In this document: positions 25,001 through 39,965 of the stretch, in pieces
Layout of the letters: each line of letters begins with the position of its first letter
Position numbering within the stretch: the first letter of the stretch is position 1
Source of the DNA: Channa argus
Lineage: Eukaryota
NCBI RefSeq assembly: GCF_033026475.1
Contig: NC_090205.1
Location: 5,909,544-5,973,543 of the forward strand
DNA: 64,000 bases
Direction: 5' to 3'
Notes under the pieces: generated by a model
Seen by the model: the letters and a program-made list of their open reading frames with translations, nothing else
Told to the model about the DNA's origin: nothing
The model's database searches: none
Translations under genes and position numbers: made by a program

Positions 25001-28000
25001 ATCATGCCTCACTTCCTGAGATTGCTCTTTTTCAAGAGCTGCTTGAGAGGGGCTCTGCAATCTATAGTAATGCTTGAAGCTTTAGAAGACAAAATTCAAT
25101 GTTGGGGGCTAGACATAGCAGGGGAAAAGTGACAGAAATTTTCCCTCAAGGCTTCTTAAACACTTTGGTTAGAAGCAAGACATCTCAGTCATTTCATTCG
25201 CTGTGGAAACTCATGTGAACACTTAGGTTTTTGGTGACTTTTTGACCTTTTCTTGGACCAATCAAAATTTAATCTTCGCCAGTGGTAGATGAGGATCTTT
25301 AAAAGAGTATAAGAGGCAATATATCAGTGATGAAATACTCTAGTACAAGAGCAAGCCATGCATTCAAATTTGTATTTAGGCTGTCGAAAACTCTACCATC
25401 GGCATCAAAATATTCAATGAGTACCAAAAGTAAAATTACTCGTTATGCAGACATATTATGCACAATTACATGCTTAACAGAATTTGTGTCCCTGTGATAT
25501 AAAATTCAGTTCAAATACTCATGTAAAGCATCCTAGAATTCTACTTACATACAGTACTTAAAGGTGTATTGTGTAAGATAGGGGCCTATTAACAGAGATG
25601 GAATATAGTATTCATAATGATATTTTGATTTAAGTGTAATCACCTGGAAATAAGCATCATTATGTTTTAATTATCTCAGAATGAGTCTTGTACTTAAGGA
25701 GCTGGTGACCTTTTCTCAAGCGCAGCCATGTTGTAGCCCAGTAGCCCCAACGAACCAAACGCTGGCTGCAGAGAGGGAATTTTGCTTAGGCTGCAGTCGC
25801 TATGTGCAGAACCAATATAATAAAATCTTTTTAGGAATTACAAGCCTCTCTTACTTCCCTTTGGTACCTTTGGGTTCTGCTCTTGCAGTGGTCGCCGTGG
25901 AAGCACCTCACCCTCGCCTGGCTGACTCCTCCACCTCCTCTGCTCCTCCACCCTCTTGTTCCCATAAAGCAGGTTAGCTAAATCGTCTTTCTCAGTTTGT
26001 AATTACCTAACGTAACCTCACGACTTGACATATTGCTACTTGATATGACTGTAGACAACATAGGCTTGCTCACACTTGGAAAGGAATCCGTACGGGGTAT
26101 TGTATTGTAATGTTTTCAGCCAGCTGCCATAAATAACACAGCAATTTACAAACTAGCGGCTATGATACTTCCTGCAAATATTGTATGTTCTAGATCTTTT
26201 TTCTTTTTTCGGGGAGTTGCATCGTCAGGCCACAATTTTTCATGTGCATACAACATAAATGTGTGTTATATTGCACATCCATGTTGCCCAGAGGATAAAC
26301 CCTTTCCATTTACATTTTTGAAAGTCCATTACCCCCATTTTCTTTGGTGTGCCACCCTCGGGAAAACCTGTCAATTTTATCATAACACAACTTCTCGGGT
26401 AATCATTTTCTTTGTGTTGCTGCTTTGTGCAGCCTCCACTAATGGTCAACCGTGATTGTTGCCATTCATCATTTTTCACCTGCCTGAGCCTGAGCCGCAT
26501 TCATTACTTCCCACCTGCCAGAGCAGAGCCGGGCAATAGAATCACAGAGCCTGAGTGGGAAACAGAAAATCACAGTGATTGAACGTCAAGGGAAGCAGGT
26601 GTCAAACTGGTATTGGCCCTGAATGACACACAGGCCCCTTGCTTTCCCCTGTCACTTTAAACTGGTAAGTGACCTTCAAAATAGAAAAGCTACACCAATA
26701 CTGTTGTGCTGTCACAGTCTGATGGTGGATGCTGATGGATGAGCAGGGGGGTACTGAGGCCTTCAGAAAGCACACAGATCATTAAGATGTGACCACTGGG
26801 AGCAATATTGTGATGCTGACTCAAGTGAGCAACAGCCTTGATGAATTGTTTGATGTACTAGAATATGACTGTTATACTGAAACAAAAAGCACAACAAACA
26901 AAAAACACATGAGACCCTTAGTTTGGAAATCCTGACTAATAACCTGAGATATTAATGCAGCCCTGGGTCCTAAAAATTCCATTACAATGCGACTAAATTG
27001 AAAATGCAATTAGAGTTTTTTAGGCAAAGTCTTAAGTGAATGATTGTGTTCTTGGGATATTTTTAGAGGATACTCGTGGTTTGTGTTATAGATTGATAAA
27101 CACCTTGTGCGTGAAGTGACGGTTACATATTGCTACATTAAGCAGACCACAATCTTTCATTGCCTTTCATCAGTTTAACCGAGTGATGTGAGCGCTTAAA
27201 CATTAGTATAATAATATTATATAATCAGATATTTTTGTTGAAATCCTCACAATTAACACTTGAAACAATGAAATGATGTTATTGTCAACATATCTTATGT
27301 TATGTATATTATGTTATGGAAAATGTAATTTACTAAAAAAAATTGCATTTGCATTTTACAGTAGTTGCATAGCAACATAAAACATTTTTAAAGAGACAAC
27401 TTTAAGTAACTGACCTGGTGTATCTTGTAAGAAATAAGAGCTTGTCAGTGGAACCCAGCACATTTTCCAAACTCATAATTAAGGGGTTCAGTTACTAAAG
27501 TGGATTAAAAAAAAGACGTTCATTGCGATACATTTTTTATCTGAGGAACATTTCGAGGAGCTGCACGCTGGAGTTAAAGTCCACGTTTTTTCCAAAGAAC
27601 CCTGCTAAACTCACCAGCTTTAACTCAAAGTCACCAGAAAAAGGAAGCAAGACACAAAACTTAAAAAAAAGACTGTATTTGCAAGTTCCCTACTTATTTA
27701 TAAAGTGCATGTTTTGAAATGACCTATTTTCTATGGAATAACAGAAATGCCAATATCTCATAATGTATGAAGGAAACTCTTTTATGTTGGTAAAAATTGT
27801 AACTGGGGCACCAGTACATTTCTCCCACAGAATATTTACTTTTGCTAATTATTTCTATATAATTAGATGAGAGCAATGTTGAATAAAAGATTGTTTACAT
27901 CGATGTTCATATAAACAAGAAAGAGGATCAGGAAATGACCGAAATGACTCCAGCTGTGATAGAATCATAGTTTGAATCAGCTCCACTTATCGCCAGCATC

Positions 28001-29432
28001 AGCTGACCTCAGCCCACACGTTACGGGCCCTGTCTGGTTAACCGGTGCTGTAATAGGGAAATACCTGCAGAGATCCTGCAAGGCTTTGCTGTCTCTGTCC
28101 AATTAAATCAAGGCAGATAAGTGGGATATGTGACCCATGCAAATGAGAAGAAAAAGCAATTTTTCCAAATCCTTGACAAGGTGACCACTGCCCTCCATTT
28201 ATTTGTGTTTCATTCATGTATATAAATCAGATGAACTGGACTTTGATCCACTTTTTTGCTTTTGATTCACACAGTAACTTCCAGCTGTGTAACCAGCATC
28301 AAATTGCAGTGTATTTAGTATTCCCCACTGTGACGCCTTGTCTCTGTTGTTCTGTTATCAAGTCACTTGTGATGTGATATAACTGCCCTGCTGTCACTGA
28401 TCCTCAGCCCTTCAGAATAATGATGGTGATATATGGGTGTTTGTGCAGTGGGGTCCTCTGAAGCCTGTGAACTGTGCTCCTCAATCTCTGTCCATCTTGT
28501 TGTTATTTAACGGCACATCAGAGAGATTGCATTCTCGCTGGACGGGAGATGGCTTCTGTGATCCTAACCACATGACAAATTGCACAATATTTGTTCTTTG
28601 AAAATGGGGGAAACTAATAGAGCCTTTTCACAGCAGACATTTTGAATTATCATAGTCGGAAAAGCACAAGTGTTACTAATAACATTAAGAAAAGCTCTGT
28701 TCTACTCAAGTGTAAGCGCTGACAGTGAGCGAGCTTGCACAGCACCATGATACCGTGAAATCAAAGAAACTAAATGGAATTCATCCATCATTACTTTTTA
28801 ATATTAGGCTCATTCGAGATGAACTACTCCTTACCTGGAAAGCAGATGAAAGCGGCAGGCAGTGACAAACAGCTTCCAACCACCTTCAGAGTCCGTACAG
28901 GAAGTCATAGAAATACTTAGGTGGAAGAGCTGCTCGTGATTTATTAATATCTTATCAGCCCAATCAGTTCAATCAGTAGCCAGCAATTGTTTTAATTAAA
29001 ATCTTCTGTATGACACGGATCCTTATTAAAACTTTACAATGTGTGATCATCGTGACAGCATTACTGGTTTAACCGTCAAATTACTAAATCATAATTACTT
29101 TCTGTGTTACCAGTGGTCATATCATTAGCTGCTGCACAAGAACGTGTCTGCCCTAACTGCATTGCTGCGGCTCTCAAACTAAACTTTAGTTTAAACGTGA
29201 GTTTTGTTCAAACTATACATGGGGACATAGGCAGCAGGTGCGAGGCAATGGTTTTCAGCCCAATATTATCAGAGCCTCATGAGCCTTTATAAAAATCCTC
29301 ATGTTCTAAAAATTACCGTAATTTTATTTTTTACATCAAAATATCTGATATTGCAGTGTTAGATTTTTTGGCCGTTTTTCATTCCTGAAGCATCAAAAGG
29401 CGCCGCTTTGTTCAGTCCCCTCTCTGCTATAT

Positions 29433-29461
29433 GCTGATGCTCAGGGTGCCTGAGCATCAGC
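29433..29461. repeat. Perfect 13-bp inverted repeat (hairpin, 3-nt loop)
   Basis: gctgatgctcagg gtg cctgagcatcagc. Confidence 0.9.
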
Positions 29462-32400
29462 GTGGAGCAGCATGTAGGTGCATTGCGTAGTACTGTGGAA
29501 ACCCAGACGTTTGAATATTTGACACCTTAAACAATAACGTAGTCTGTGGAGTGAAAACTCTTCGCAGGGAGGTGGACGGGTAGTGGGTGGTACAACAAGA
29601 CACAGGACTTTTCCACAGGAGACTGGGTTTCGACTCTAGCATGAGACGGTGTTTGCTTTAAAGGTGACAGGGACACAACTTGGCTTATGTGGGTACTACA
29701 GGAAAGAAGTACGTGTGTGTTGTCACATTTTGTTTCATGTAATTTATCTTCTAACTTCATTAGACCCTGACGTTTTTGTGCCTAACCCTGAGCTATGTTG
29801 TCTCCTAACGTACACTTACCCTGAACCTAACGCACTTTTGGTTTGCATATAAAGTCTTTCCTTGCAGCACGTGCTTAAAGATACAGAAATAATGTGGTCT
29901 GGCTTAATAGAGAACAATTTGACATTCACTTCACAGACAGTGTGATAAATGTTAAACAAAGCCACAATCTTCCTCCAACCACCTAACCACACTTTCTAAA
30001 CCACACACAGGACTAGTTTTAGTTAAATTAAGGTCTTTGGTGCGACCATTCTTTACTTTGAACACCAACCATCTACCACAACCATTCACATACTTTATAA
30101 AAAAAAAAATTACATTAAAATCATTTTTAAATATATGTCACGTAGCAACATCATCATAACACAATTCTGTTCTCTTTACAAATGCATTTTAATTGCTTAG
30201 GACAGTAAGTTTTGTTGTTCACTCTAGTCTATACTTGTTTGGTGGCATCTCAGACACAGGTTAGGGTGTGGAAGAGCTACATGTAGGTTAGAACAGTCAC
30301 AGATTCTCCTGTTATATATTAGCTGAATGTCTGCAGCCTTTTGACTAAAGTCACTTTCAAAAACACAACCGCTAAAATGAAAAGTTTCTATAAAATATAC
30401 TTTTGTTGATCCAACATCAATCGTAAATCCATCTCAACCAATCAGCTCAAGTCAGGCATTTCCCATCGAGCCCTGAAGTTTTGCAGCCAGTGGAGAACAA
30501 TCTGCCTGCAGCCACCTTGATCTCTTGAGGTTATGGTATCAGATTACCATGCATGCATAATGTCAGAGCAAATATGGGTCAGGCCAAACTGAAATCTAAC
30601 TGTTATGTATTGGGGGCAATTGGTAGGCTTGGCTCGTCTCAAATGAGACTATTTATATCTGAAATTTCCTAATGGAATGTGTTCAAACATTTTCTTTAAA
30701 AAGATCTGTTGTATATTTGTTCAGTGTCTGCAACACCAAGCAGCAACACAAACATGTAGATGTGCAATAACAAATCCATTGCTCAGTCTCCTTTGGTTAA
30801 GGTGAATGTTGCCACTAATCGGGAATCACAGCTAGACTTTGTGTGTCTCTCCCCTCTGTCTCCTCGGCCTTCATGTAACTGATAACTGCACAGCTTTGCC
30901 TTCCAGAGCCACTTCATCTGCTCCTCATTCGATTATTGTCCCCTATTCCAGTGTTCAAGCCACATTTGTCTGTTTCTTGTCTGTTCTTTCCAACTTTTGT
31001 AACATTTTGGATTCACCAGCAGGATTTTTGTTGCCTATTCCCCTCGGACTGTTTGCCTTGTTTCCAAACGCTTGCCTATGACTGACCTTTGCTTGCTCTG
31101 ACCTCACGTCCTGTTTTTCCTGCCTGGCTTTGCTTGCCTGAGCTTTGAGTAAGCCTGTTTTCTCGTGCATTAAAGCACGCTCTCGCTGCATCTGCCAGCC
31201 AATCTGCCTGTTTTGTCTGCGTTTGGCTCCACTGCTAGTGCATCTTCTTATTAGCAATGTGACAAAATGTTTGGATAGGAATAATATAATTTCAGTTTTT
31301 GTCACAATGAATCATCTGATGGGACAAAGTAACCTCAACTCGCTGTGCTCCCTGTTTGTATATGGGCTGAAAACATAAAAGTAATTAATTAACTAATGAA
31401 AACATGGAGAAAATGTAGGGATACACAGCCATTGTCCTTGTTGGCTAACATGGACATAGATATTGTCCTAAGAATTTCCCTGTCAGTAGGACGTTTGAGC
31501 AAAATGTATTCTATAGATAGAATATTAAATGATACTGTACTAAATTCTTAAACGTGCCCTGAGGGGTCAGGGAGCCCATGGCCCAGAGCCTCTGAAGCTG
31601 CTGTACATGCTCTACAAACAATTATTATGTGATAAAACTCAATTAAGACACCAAATGGACACAATTGATTTGGAACTAGACACAAAATGTCCAAAAACAG
31701 ACAAACAGGCTCAAAATGACATGTGTGGTTTAATCCACAGTTCTGCTTATGGATGCTGGAGTGTTGTACTGTGTGACTGATTTATTCTTGATGGTTTCAG
31801 TGTGTGCACAGAAAGAGTTCTGTCTTTAACCACGTTTGGAATTTCTGGACTGGAGGTGCTGAACATGCAGACTTTTTGTTCCACTGACTGAGGTAAGGAG
31901 CTGGGACCTTTTGCTGATTTGTGCACAGACCATGAGACGCCGTGTGCTGGCAAAGAGCAGTGGGTGGGAGAGATTGTAGACCTGGATGAGGGTGTTTAGA
32001 TAGAAAGGTGCTGTTGAGTTGAACACTCTGTAGGTAATGAGTCAGAGCACTGAGCCTGATGCAGGCAGCTACTGGAGTCCAGTTGCAGAGATCTGAAAAG
32101 TGGTTTGACGTTTGTCATTGTGATTAATCACAAATGAAACGTGCTGCTGTATTTTGGATCATGCTGGTAAAACACTGCAGCAGTCACAATAGTAGATTTG
32201 ACAGCCTGCACAAAGAGCTGGATAGCAGATTCTGATATTGCAGAGGGCAAATCTGCAAATCTGGATGCCCATTTGATTAATATCGAAGATTGTGTGGTAG
32301 CACAACTAAAGCCTGGAAGTTGGCGCTTGTTTCCCTCCTTGTGTTGATGTGTAAGCTTTAATTAAGTATAAGAAAATCCCTGCAGATCTGGGAGTGCAAA

Positions 32401-33569
32401 CATTTTACAAGCTTTTCTAGGATAGTTCGGTTGCCATTTTCAAACAAAATTTTCATTTTGCTCAAAGAATCTCAGGAAACGTGCCCCTGAAAAACTGGCA
32501 CTAGAGCCTGGTAAATCTGGCCTTCACTCAGTGGTTCCTTAATAACCTTGGACACGCGAAGCCGAGATCTTGAGCACAAACAGCTATTATACAGCAAACC
32601 AGACTAATGATGCTCCTGTACCCACAGCCTTGTACTTTCCAGAGCCTTTCCTTTGTCTGAGCTTCAAGGCTTTGGAAATAGATTGACTGCTGAGGCTGAT
32701 GCTGACAGACTCAGCTACATGTGCTCTCCCAGCTGCTGCAGGGAGAAGCACAGAAGAAGAAGAAGAAGTAATGTGACACTCTCCCTTGGCTGCTAGAAGA
32801 GCAGAGGCTTTTTCATCTGTTACTCTGCAACCAATAACAAGTCCCTGCAGCGCTTCCAGTCCCAATATATGTGCTGCGGCTTTCCACTTTGATCATTTCT
32901 CATGTTCGTCCAGCCTTCTGAACAGTAACTAATTGTTTTTGCCTCTGTAGGTTGTCTTTGCTTTTCACATTGACATGCTGCTTCTTGGATTTCAGAGGTA
33001 TCCAGATTTACTAGTTAGCGCATGGTCAAATCATCCATCAACCCAAAGAACGCTGCATCTTAGGTATATTTTAAATGATAATCCACTTGCAGTAAATTCG
33101 TTCATGCAACTCAAAGGAGCTTTTGTTGGCCACCGCTTGGATGTTTGGGGCAAACACGAAATCACACAGTTACACTAAATTCTCAAAGGAAGTTTTCTGA
33201 TGAGTCCTACTCTAAAGCCACAGACTGTATTACTGTATATGTTAGGCAGAGGTGTTGTATACTGCTCCTGTCTTCTTGCTCTTTTTAGTTGTTTCTCAGC
33301 TCACTGTCCTCCTCCAACATAACACTCCACTAACACAGTGCAGCGATGCCTCCAGGTGTCCGCCTGTTGTTCCAGGTCCACAGGTCTCAGGCTGCAAAGC
33401 CTTTTCTGGTCTTTATAGCAGCTCTTTGTGCCTCCTGCTTGCTATTATCTTAATATCAGCGTGAGGTTAACATGGTATTGGAGAACAGTACAAGTACAAG
33501 TACACAAGGGCAGCATGGAGGTTTTTGTTAGAGAAGACATGGCAGCAAATACATTCTTGTATGGAACAG

Positions 33570-34150
33570 AATTGTGACGATTCTGTTCCTGGTGTTGAGT
33601 TTGTCCCTTTTTTTCTCCGGATTTACTTCCGGTCTCCAGCTTTTATTTTGTAGCCCCTCAGTTTACTTCCTGTCTTAGTGTCGCTTGTTCCCTGTCCTTT
33701 TAAATCCAGCGTTCCCCCTCAGTTCTTTGCCAGTTGTACCCGTCTGTTCGGTCTGTGGTTTGGTTTGGTTTCTCATTTGTTTTCCCCTTTTGTTCAGATT
33801 CCCTGTTTAGTGATTCTTCATCTATGTTCGTCAGTTTTTAGACTCCAGTTGGTTCCTCGTTTGTCCCCGGTTTGACCCTGTTTGGTTCTATTTCCTTAAT
33901 TTGGGTTTAGTCATTTATCTGTCACTGTTCACTGGTCTTCTGATTTTGGCAGTTCTTATTAATTTTCCTGTTATTCTTTGTTTTAATTACTTTGGCTCAA
34001 TTCAGCGTTAACATAGTTTGGTGTTTCTTTTGTTCTCTGGTTGGTGTGTAATTTCCTGCTTTCCAAGTGTTTTCTCTCCCTAGTCCTTACAATAAAACCC
34101 CTTTTACTTTAAACCTCCTCTTGCCGTCTTCTTACTGGGCTTCTTAAAAT
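33570..34150 (+). mobile_element. Interspersed repeat copy A, same family as 55287..55810
   Basis: It is colinear with copy B over about 500 bp of DNA similarity. It ends with …ccttacaataaaaccccttttactttaaacc…, an AATAAA-containing tail consistent with an LTR U3-R-U5 or a non-autonomous element end. Confidence 0.65.
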
Positions 34151-37100
34151 GTAATATTAAACATGTGACAATAATTGCAACCAGGCTAGTGTTTCTGTAA
34201 CATAACGAGAATATGCTGAAAATTCATTCAAGTGAAAAGAACAAAATACATTGATACTGAACATGTCAATAATTCATAGTCAACCCTAATATTCAAATTT
34301 ATAGTACAACATCCAGTTTTTCAGAATGCAAACGACTCTTCCAAATCAGCACTTCTTCAGTTTAACTACAAAACTCAGATTTACTACAAAAACCTAAAAT
34401 GACGCACTTTTTTAGGATAAAGCATTGTCGATGCCGATGCTCCGTTTGATGGCACGTTTCCTTATCCCATCATGCCAGGTGGACATTTCAAAGAAATGTC
34501 ATCACCTTAACTTTGTGCAGCAGTCTGCAGTAAGCATGAATCAAGTTTATCAGGCAGAATCATAATTATTGTGAACATTAATGGTAATTATATCTTTTAA
34601 GCTTCACTAAAGCCATGTTGGCCAGAGCATTTTCCAGACCCGCAGTCCACGACTCCCATCAGAGGAAAAGCAGCACCAGTTGTCTCGGTAGGTGACACCA
34701 AAACGGCGCGTGTTTACCTCGAAGCTCTCTAGTGGTCGTAGTAATTATGAGAGGAACAGATGAGGTCATGTTGTAACAGACAAACATCCCCCTGGTGAGG
34801 AGGTCTCAGGGGATGGATGGGTCAACAAACAACACTGGACTTTTTTCTTTTTTCTTTTTTTTTTACTGTAAAATCGTCGAGCTGGAGGAGAAATTCCTTT
34901 CTGCCATTGTAAGTTTCCAGGGTGCAGAGACTTGGCATGTTAAGCCTTCACACTTTTCACTATATTACTCAAAGTGTGCTTCCTCGCTAGTACTTATAGA
35001 AACACACCCACACAGGCACAGTCCCTCCACTCATTTCTTTTTTTTCACAGCTGTGTTATTATTTGTTATGTCAGTCAACTACTGCATTTTTCAGTTTGTC
35101 ATGTGAGTCACACAGAGCCATATGACTCACAAGACAAACAAAAAAATAAAATAAAATACAGCAAGCTGTTATAAATACTGACTCATTGTTTGCGCCTTCC
35201 TGTCAGTATTAATTCTGTTCATCTACAGATATGTCCTGTAGATAAATCATTCAAAAATCGTGGTTATTATGAAGTTACTCTTTAAGAGCAGAAATTTATA
35301 CCTTTACATTCCCCATAAAAAAACTCTCTCTTTAAATTTAGTCAATTTTTATTTCTTTGAAAAAAAAAAATCCATCGATTGAAAAAATCCTGCAGGAAGA
35401 ATGTTGCTGACTTAATCAGCCGTCTGAATGTAGCCTGCAGTGTTTAGAGGGAGAATCTTTGCATGCTCTCCAAAGAGATTTACATAAAACATACAGTACA
35501 AAGCCATGTTTTCATTATGGCTGGACTCCAGGGTCACTATAACCTATATTTGACAGCAGTTGAACGGCGTTTCACAAGTTGTTTTTTGCATCGCGTTGGT
35601 TATTCGTTGTGTGCAGACTGATACATTTTTAAATAACCAAACCTGAGGGACCAGAGATTTGATAGTTACCTATTTATGATGTTTTCCCTTTTCTGCTTAA
35701 AAAAATCCTCATTTCTATCTTCTTTCCCTCCTTCTCTCTTACACTGCTACTGTACAGTAGGTTTGTTTATTAATCCATCTTGGCAGCATAATCCAAAACC
35801 CCATTGTAGTTCTGGTGTTGTAATTAAAATAATTAGTTAATCCTTCAACATAACACTTCAACATTTGGCAGTAACAAATACACACAAACTCCTCTTCTAT
35901 GATTTAATAATATGCCCCTCCTCCAACTTAAGGTCCACATTCCCTTTGTTTCTCTTCTCTCTGTTATTTCCCACCTTCTCTAAGTTAATTTATTATTTCG
36001 TCAAATAATAACCCACATGTAATATATGCAAAGAGAAAATCAAATACCAGACACACAATAGGATTATTAAAAGAAAGAAAATTGAATTAACTAAATAAGC
36101 AGAAGCACAATTGATCATATTACATCATGAATCATTTTGCCTTTCTATAAATAGAAATCATACAAATACGTGGCCTTTCATGATGTAATGACAGAAGTAG
36201 AGCAAAGGTGGAAAAAAATAAAGAGGTCGAGCTTTGGTTTTGCGACTTCTGTGGGGATGTGTTACACTACACTAACTGACTTACTTAATTTTATGTTGTA
36301 GAAAAAAAAAATGAAAGCAATCGATTTTTTTCCCATTGTGGATAAATGCTGCCTGCCTACTGCTTTGCAAAATGATTATCATTCTTGTAAACAAAATCAT
36401 TTGAGGGCTGCTGTACACTTCTGTAATAGGGCCACTAATTACTTGTTTTGGTGTTAGTAAAGACATCAGCCATGGTAGAATATTGACATTAGTCCTGGGT
36501 AGAACCAGACCTGATCAATTCTCTCTTAATGAGCTCTCCACCTCTCTCTTCTCTCTCCACATCTTTCATTATTCCTCTCCGTCTGCTGAGCTTGCTCCTT
36601 CTGCATCGCTGCAAGAAAAGAGGACGGAGAGCGGTGAAGTGGCGAACTGGCTCATCCGTGAACCTTTAAAGGTCACAACTTACTGTATCTTGGCAAGCGA
36701 CCACGGAACATTAAACACTGCAGATGCATCGTGCTTTTCATTTTGTTGTGTCAGGTTGATCTACCGAGGACGAGCAGCATTTTACCGGGTGATGGTATTT
36801 GGAAACTTTAATGAATAATGCACCTTTTCAAACTCATCACACAAATCACGAGCCTTAAATATTATCCAGGGAGCATCATTACTTAGATGTTGACTGGTTA
36901 TTTCCAGTGAGAAATGAAAAAGTGTAGTCGTGCTCTGTCTCTCCCAAACACAGGGCAGGTGTAATCTTTGAATAGAGTGTAGAAATCAGCCCAGTGTTAG
37001 GAGTTTAACACAATCCCGGTTTATGTTTAGCTACAAGCCCCCCCCACCCCTTGTTTTGTGTGAGCAAAGATTTATTTTTAACCCAACTTTTCACATCTTC

Positions 37101-39774
37101 TAGGGAACATTTTCCTCAGCCTCTTTTCCACTATGTGGCGCGCCACAGGAAACCATAAGCGGGTTTTGTTAGTGATACGTGAACAGCAGCTCAGCATCAG
37201 CCTGCTCAGAGGGGGGGTGGCAGGTGAGGTTGTCTGAGAGGTCATCAGCTCCCACTGGGCAGGAAGCAGCTGATCATCCTCCTCTGCTCGCGCTGTAAAA
37301 CCGAAACGATCAGTAACCCTTTGCCACCCACTGTTCTGCCTGTAGGGTGTAGTAACACTATATGGTCATGGACTGGCTGCACTGTGAACACTTAGATGAC
37401 TACAAATGTGTCTGTGGTCCAAAAAGTGAAATAGGACCAATGTGCAGGAGAAAAAGAAAAAAAAAACGTTGTTCAGTGGTTAAAGAAATGTAACTTGTAT
37501 TTATTCTCCTTTGGTCAACTGTGATTTTCTGCTCCAGTAAGAGAACAAAGCTTAAATCTCCAGTGACAGTACACCACTGCCAACTGCTGCCACTGGTCAG
37601 GAAAGGTTAACGTTTTCGCTTAACTCTGAACACCTCACTGTTACATTTTCTCAGGCTAAAGAGTTTTTGCTTTGACACGAGCCAATGCTGATCCTGTGGG
37701 CAACGCTTTGCACCAGAGTTAATACAAAGACAATGTGTGATGCTGCTAATAGGAACATTACTTGTCCATTAGCATTATTTACATACATACAGTATTATTA
37801 AAGATACAACTTTCCTTTAGCTAACAAACCTTCATTTGGCACATGTATAAATAATAAGTGAACTACAATATTGAAGTTGTATCAACCTGAAATTGCAAAT
37901 ATCAGCCGGTGACAAAAGATTTGTTCATTTTACTGAACTCCTCTATTTTATAGTCCCGTTTTACATTAATGAGCGTTTAAACTAACTATTAACTGCAAAC
38001 ACAGTTTTGCAGGGGGCAACTTTGCAGCCGGATTTAGTTTTTTATTAATATACTGAGAATTTACTGTTTATAATGTAAATGACAAGTTGCAAAAACATTA
38101 ATAAAATGTTCTCAGACAACATAATATCTGAGCTTCTAGAAAAATGGTCAAAAGGCACATTTATTAGTTTTATTTTATGTATTTTTACTCCTCTAGCTGT
38201 TTTTTTCTTACTTATTGATCAGTAGTTTGTACTAGTACTTTTGTTATTGTCTTGGTTTGCAGGGAGTTTTTTCCAAAACACAATTTTCCTATGGGATCAA
38301 TAAAGTGGTTTGAATCTGACTTCAATCTTGAAAACACATGCTGTTATTAGTATTTGTTATAGCTGTGTTTAGGCACTAACAACTCTGGGTGAAGGTTAGG
38401 GGAGTAAAAACCACACACACAATCCTGAGCAGAGTTACGACTGTAGGGTTAAACTCTAATCTGTGGTGCAAAACTTGACTCAGCTCATGCTCATGAATGC
38501 AGCGCTTCATTACATGTATTCAAAAAATATGTTGCAACTCAACATAGCCCGGCGGCTAAAAGCTGTTCCTACAAAGATGTAATTGTGGTTGCATAATGTT
38601 TAGAACATTGCTTACAGTGTGGTCTCACAACTAAACCAAAGCTGAGAGCACTATGCATAAAGATGAAGGACGTTTTCAAACCCATTTGTTTGCTCGATCA
38701 GAATGAGTGGACCAATTTGTAAACTTGGTCTGTTTTCCCCTGCATCACTACAAATCACAGGAGAATTTACTTGTCTGCTTCTTGGTTAAAGGGATCTGGG
38801 CTGGAACAGGAAAATAAACACGGGAAGTGGATCCTCTTCTGGACTAGTGAATATCCCTCGAGCCCTGATTCCAGCTAAAACCAAACCAGCTGCTCCAGAG
38901 TTCATCTAGGACTAGGTCAAGGCCACATCCCGTAAAAGGTCTTGGCGTAGTTGTTTAAATCTGCACCAAAGTGCAATTTCTGTGTTCAGACCAAGAGTTT
39001 TGAAAATGAGTTTGGTCATAACAGCCTCAGTTTGTTCCTCTGATTTGATAATCACCTTAGGTTTGTCCCTGCAGCATTCACTACAAGACAGGTACAATAT
39101 GTATTACATTTTGGCTTGCGTTCCTGCGTCGATACCGTGACTCAATCTTGTTACTGGAGTTTTCTCCTGTAAGCGAGCCTCAGTGAAAATTAAACATTTA
39201 GGAGGACATGGCTGATTAATGGGATATTCCAACGGTTCCTCTCTCCTGCCCTGGGCTGCAACGGTAAAACCTTCTTCATCTATTACTTTTTTTTCAGTCA
39301 GATTACTTAATATGAGGGTAAGATCTCGTAATCACCTTAAAATTATTAACAGTAATTAAATCATACCATCTGCTGAGTAGCCAAGTCATTGCAAAGTCAA
39401 TACATGATGTCACAACTTGTCATGCATCTCTTCAATCGACAAGCATTTAAACGTCCTTCACCGTAGTTTTTGTGGCATGTCGAACATTGTTGGCACTGGT
39501 CAGTCGTTGGGTTTTCAGCATGTTGAATCAGCTTCACTCCCATTAGTTAGAAAAGGCAACCGTGGTGTTGGTGGGTGTGAGTATGACCTTCGTGTTTTTA
39601 CTGTCAGCGAGAAACAGAACACCACCGTGGAGGCTCACTGCTCTTCTCAGCTCCTCTCGCCAGTAGCTGATGCTGTTCATTTCTTTGTGTTGCAATTGAA
39701 AGAAATTGTAACTGCTGTGCTGTGTCTACACTTGCTTTTCAATTGAAGGTTCATGAGGTGCATGACAAGTTATG

Positions 39775-39965
39775 GCAACAAAAAATGGTCTCCACTTACA
39801 TAGCTCTCCTCTGCCTAATTGGTGCCCAAAGCACTTTGTGCTGCTTCTCATTCACCTCACACACACTCACACAGCGCTGGGGGAGCTGGCCTCACTGGGA
39901 GCAACTAACTTGGGGTTCAGTGTTTTGCCCAAGGAAACTTTTGCAGATAATCCATCATGTGATGT
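39775..39965 (-). mobile_element. SINE copy (minus orientation), same superfamily as 20927 and 11205
   Basis: The reverse complement reads …cttgggcaaaacactgaaccccaagttagttgctcccagtgaggccagctcccccagcgctgtgtgagtgtgtgtgaggtgaatgagaagcagcacaaagtgctttgggcaccaattaggcagaggagagctatgtaagtggagaccattt. This is the conserved ctttgggcacc…aggtag…agcgctat…agaccattt motif. The plus-strand ORFs 39722..40014 are translations of this repeat. Confidence 0.65.
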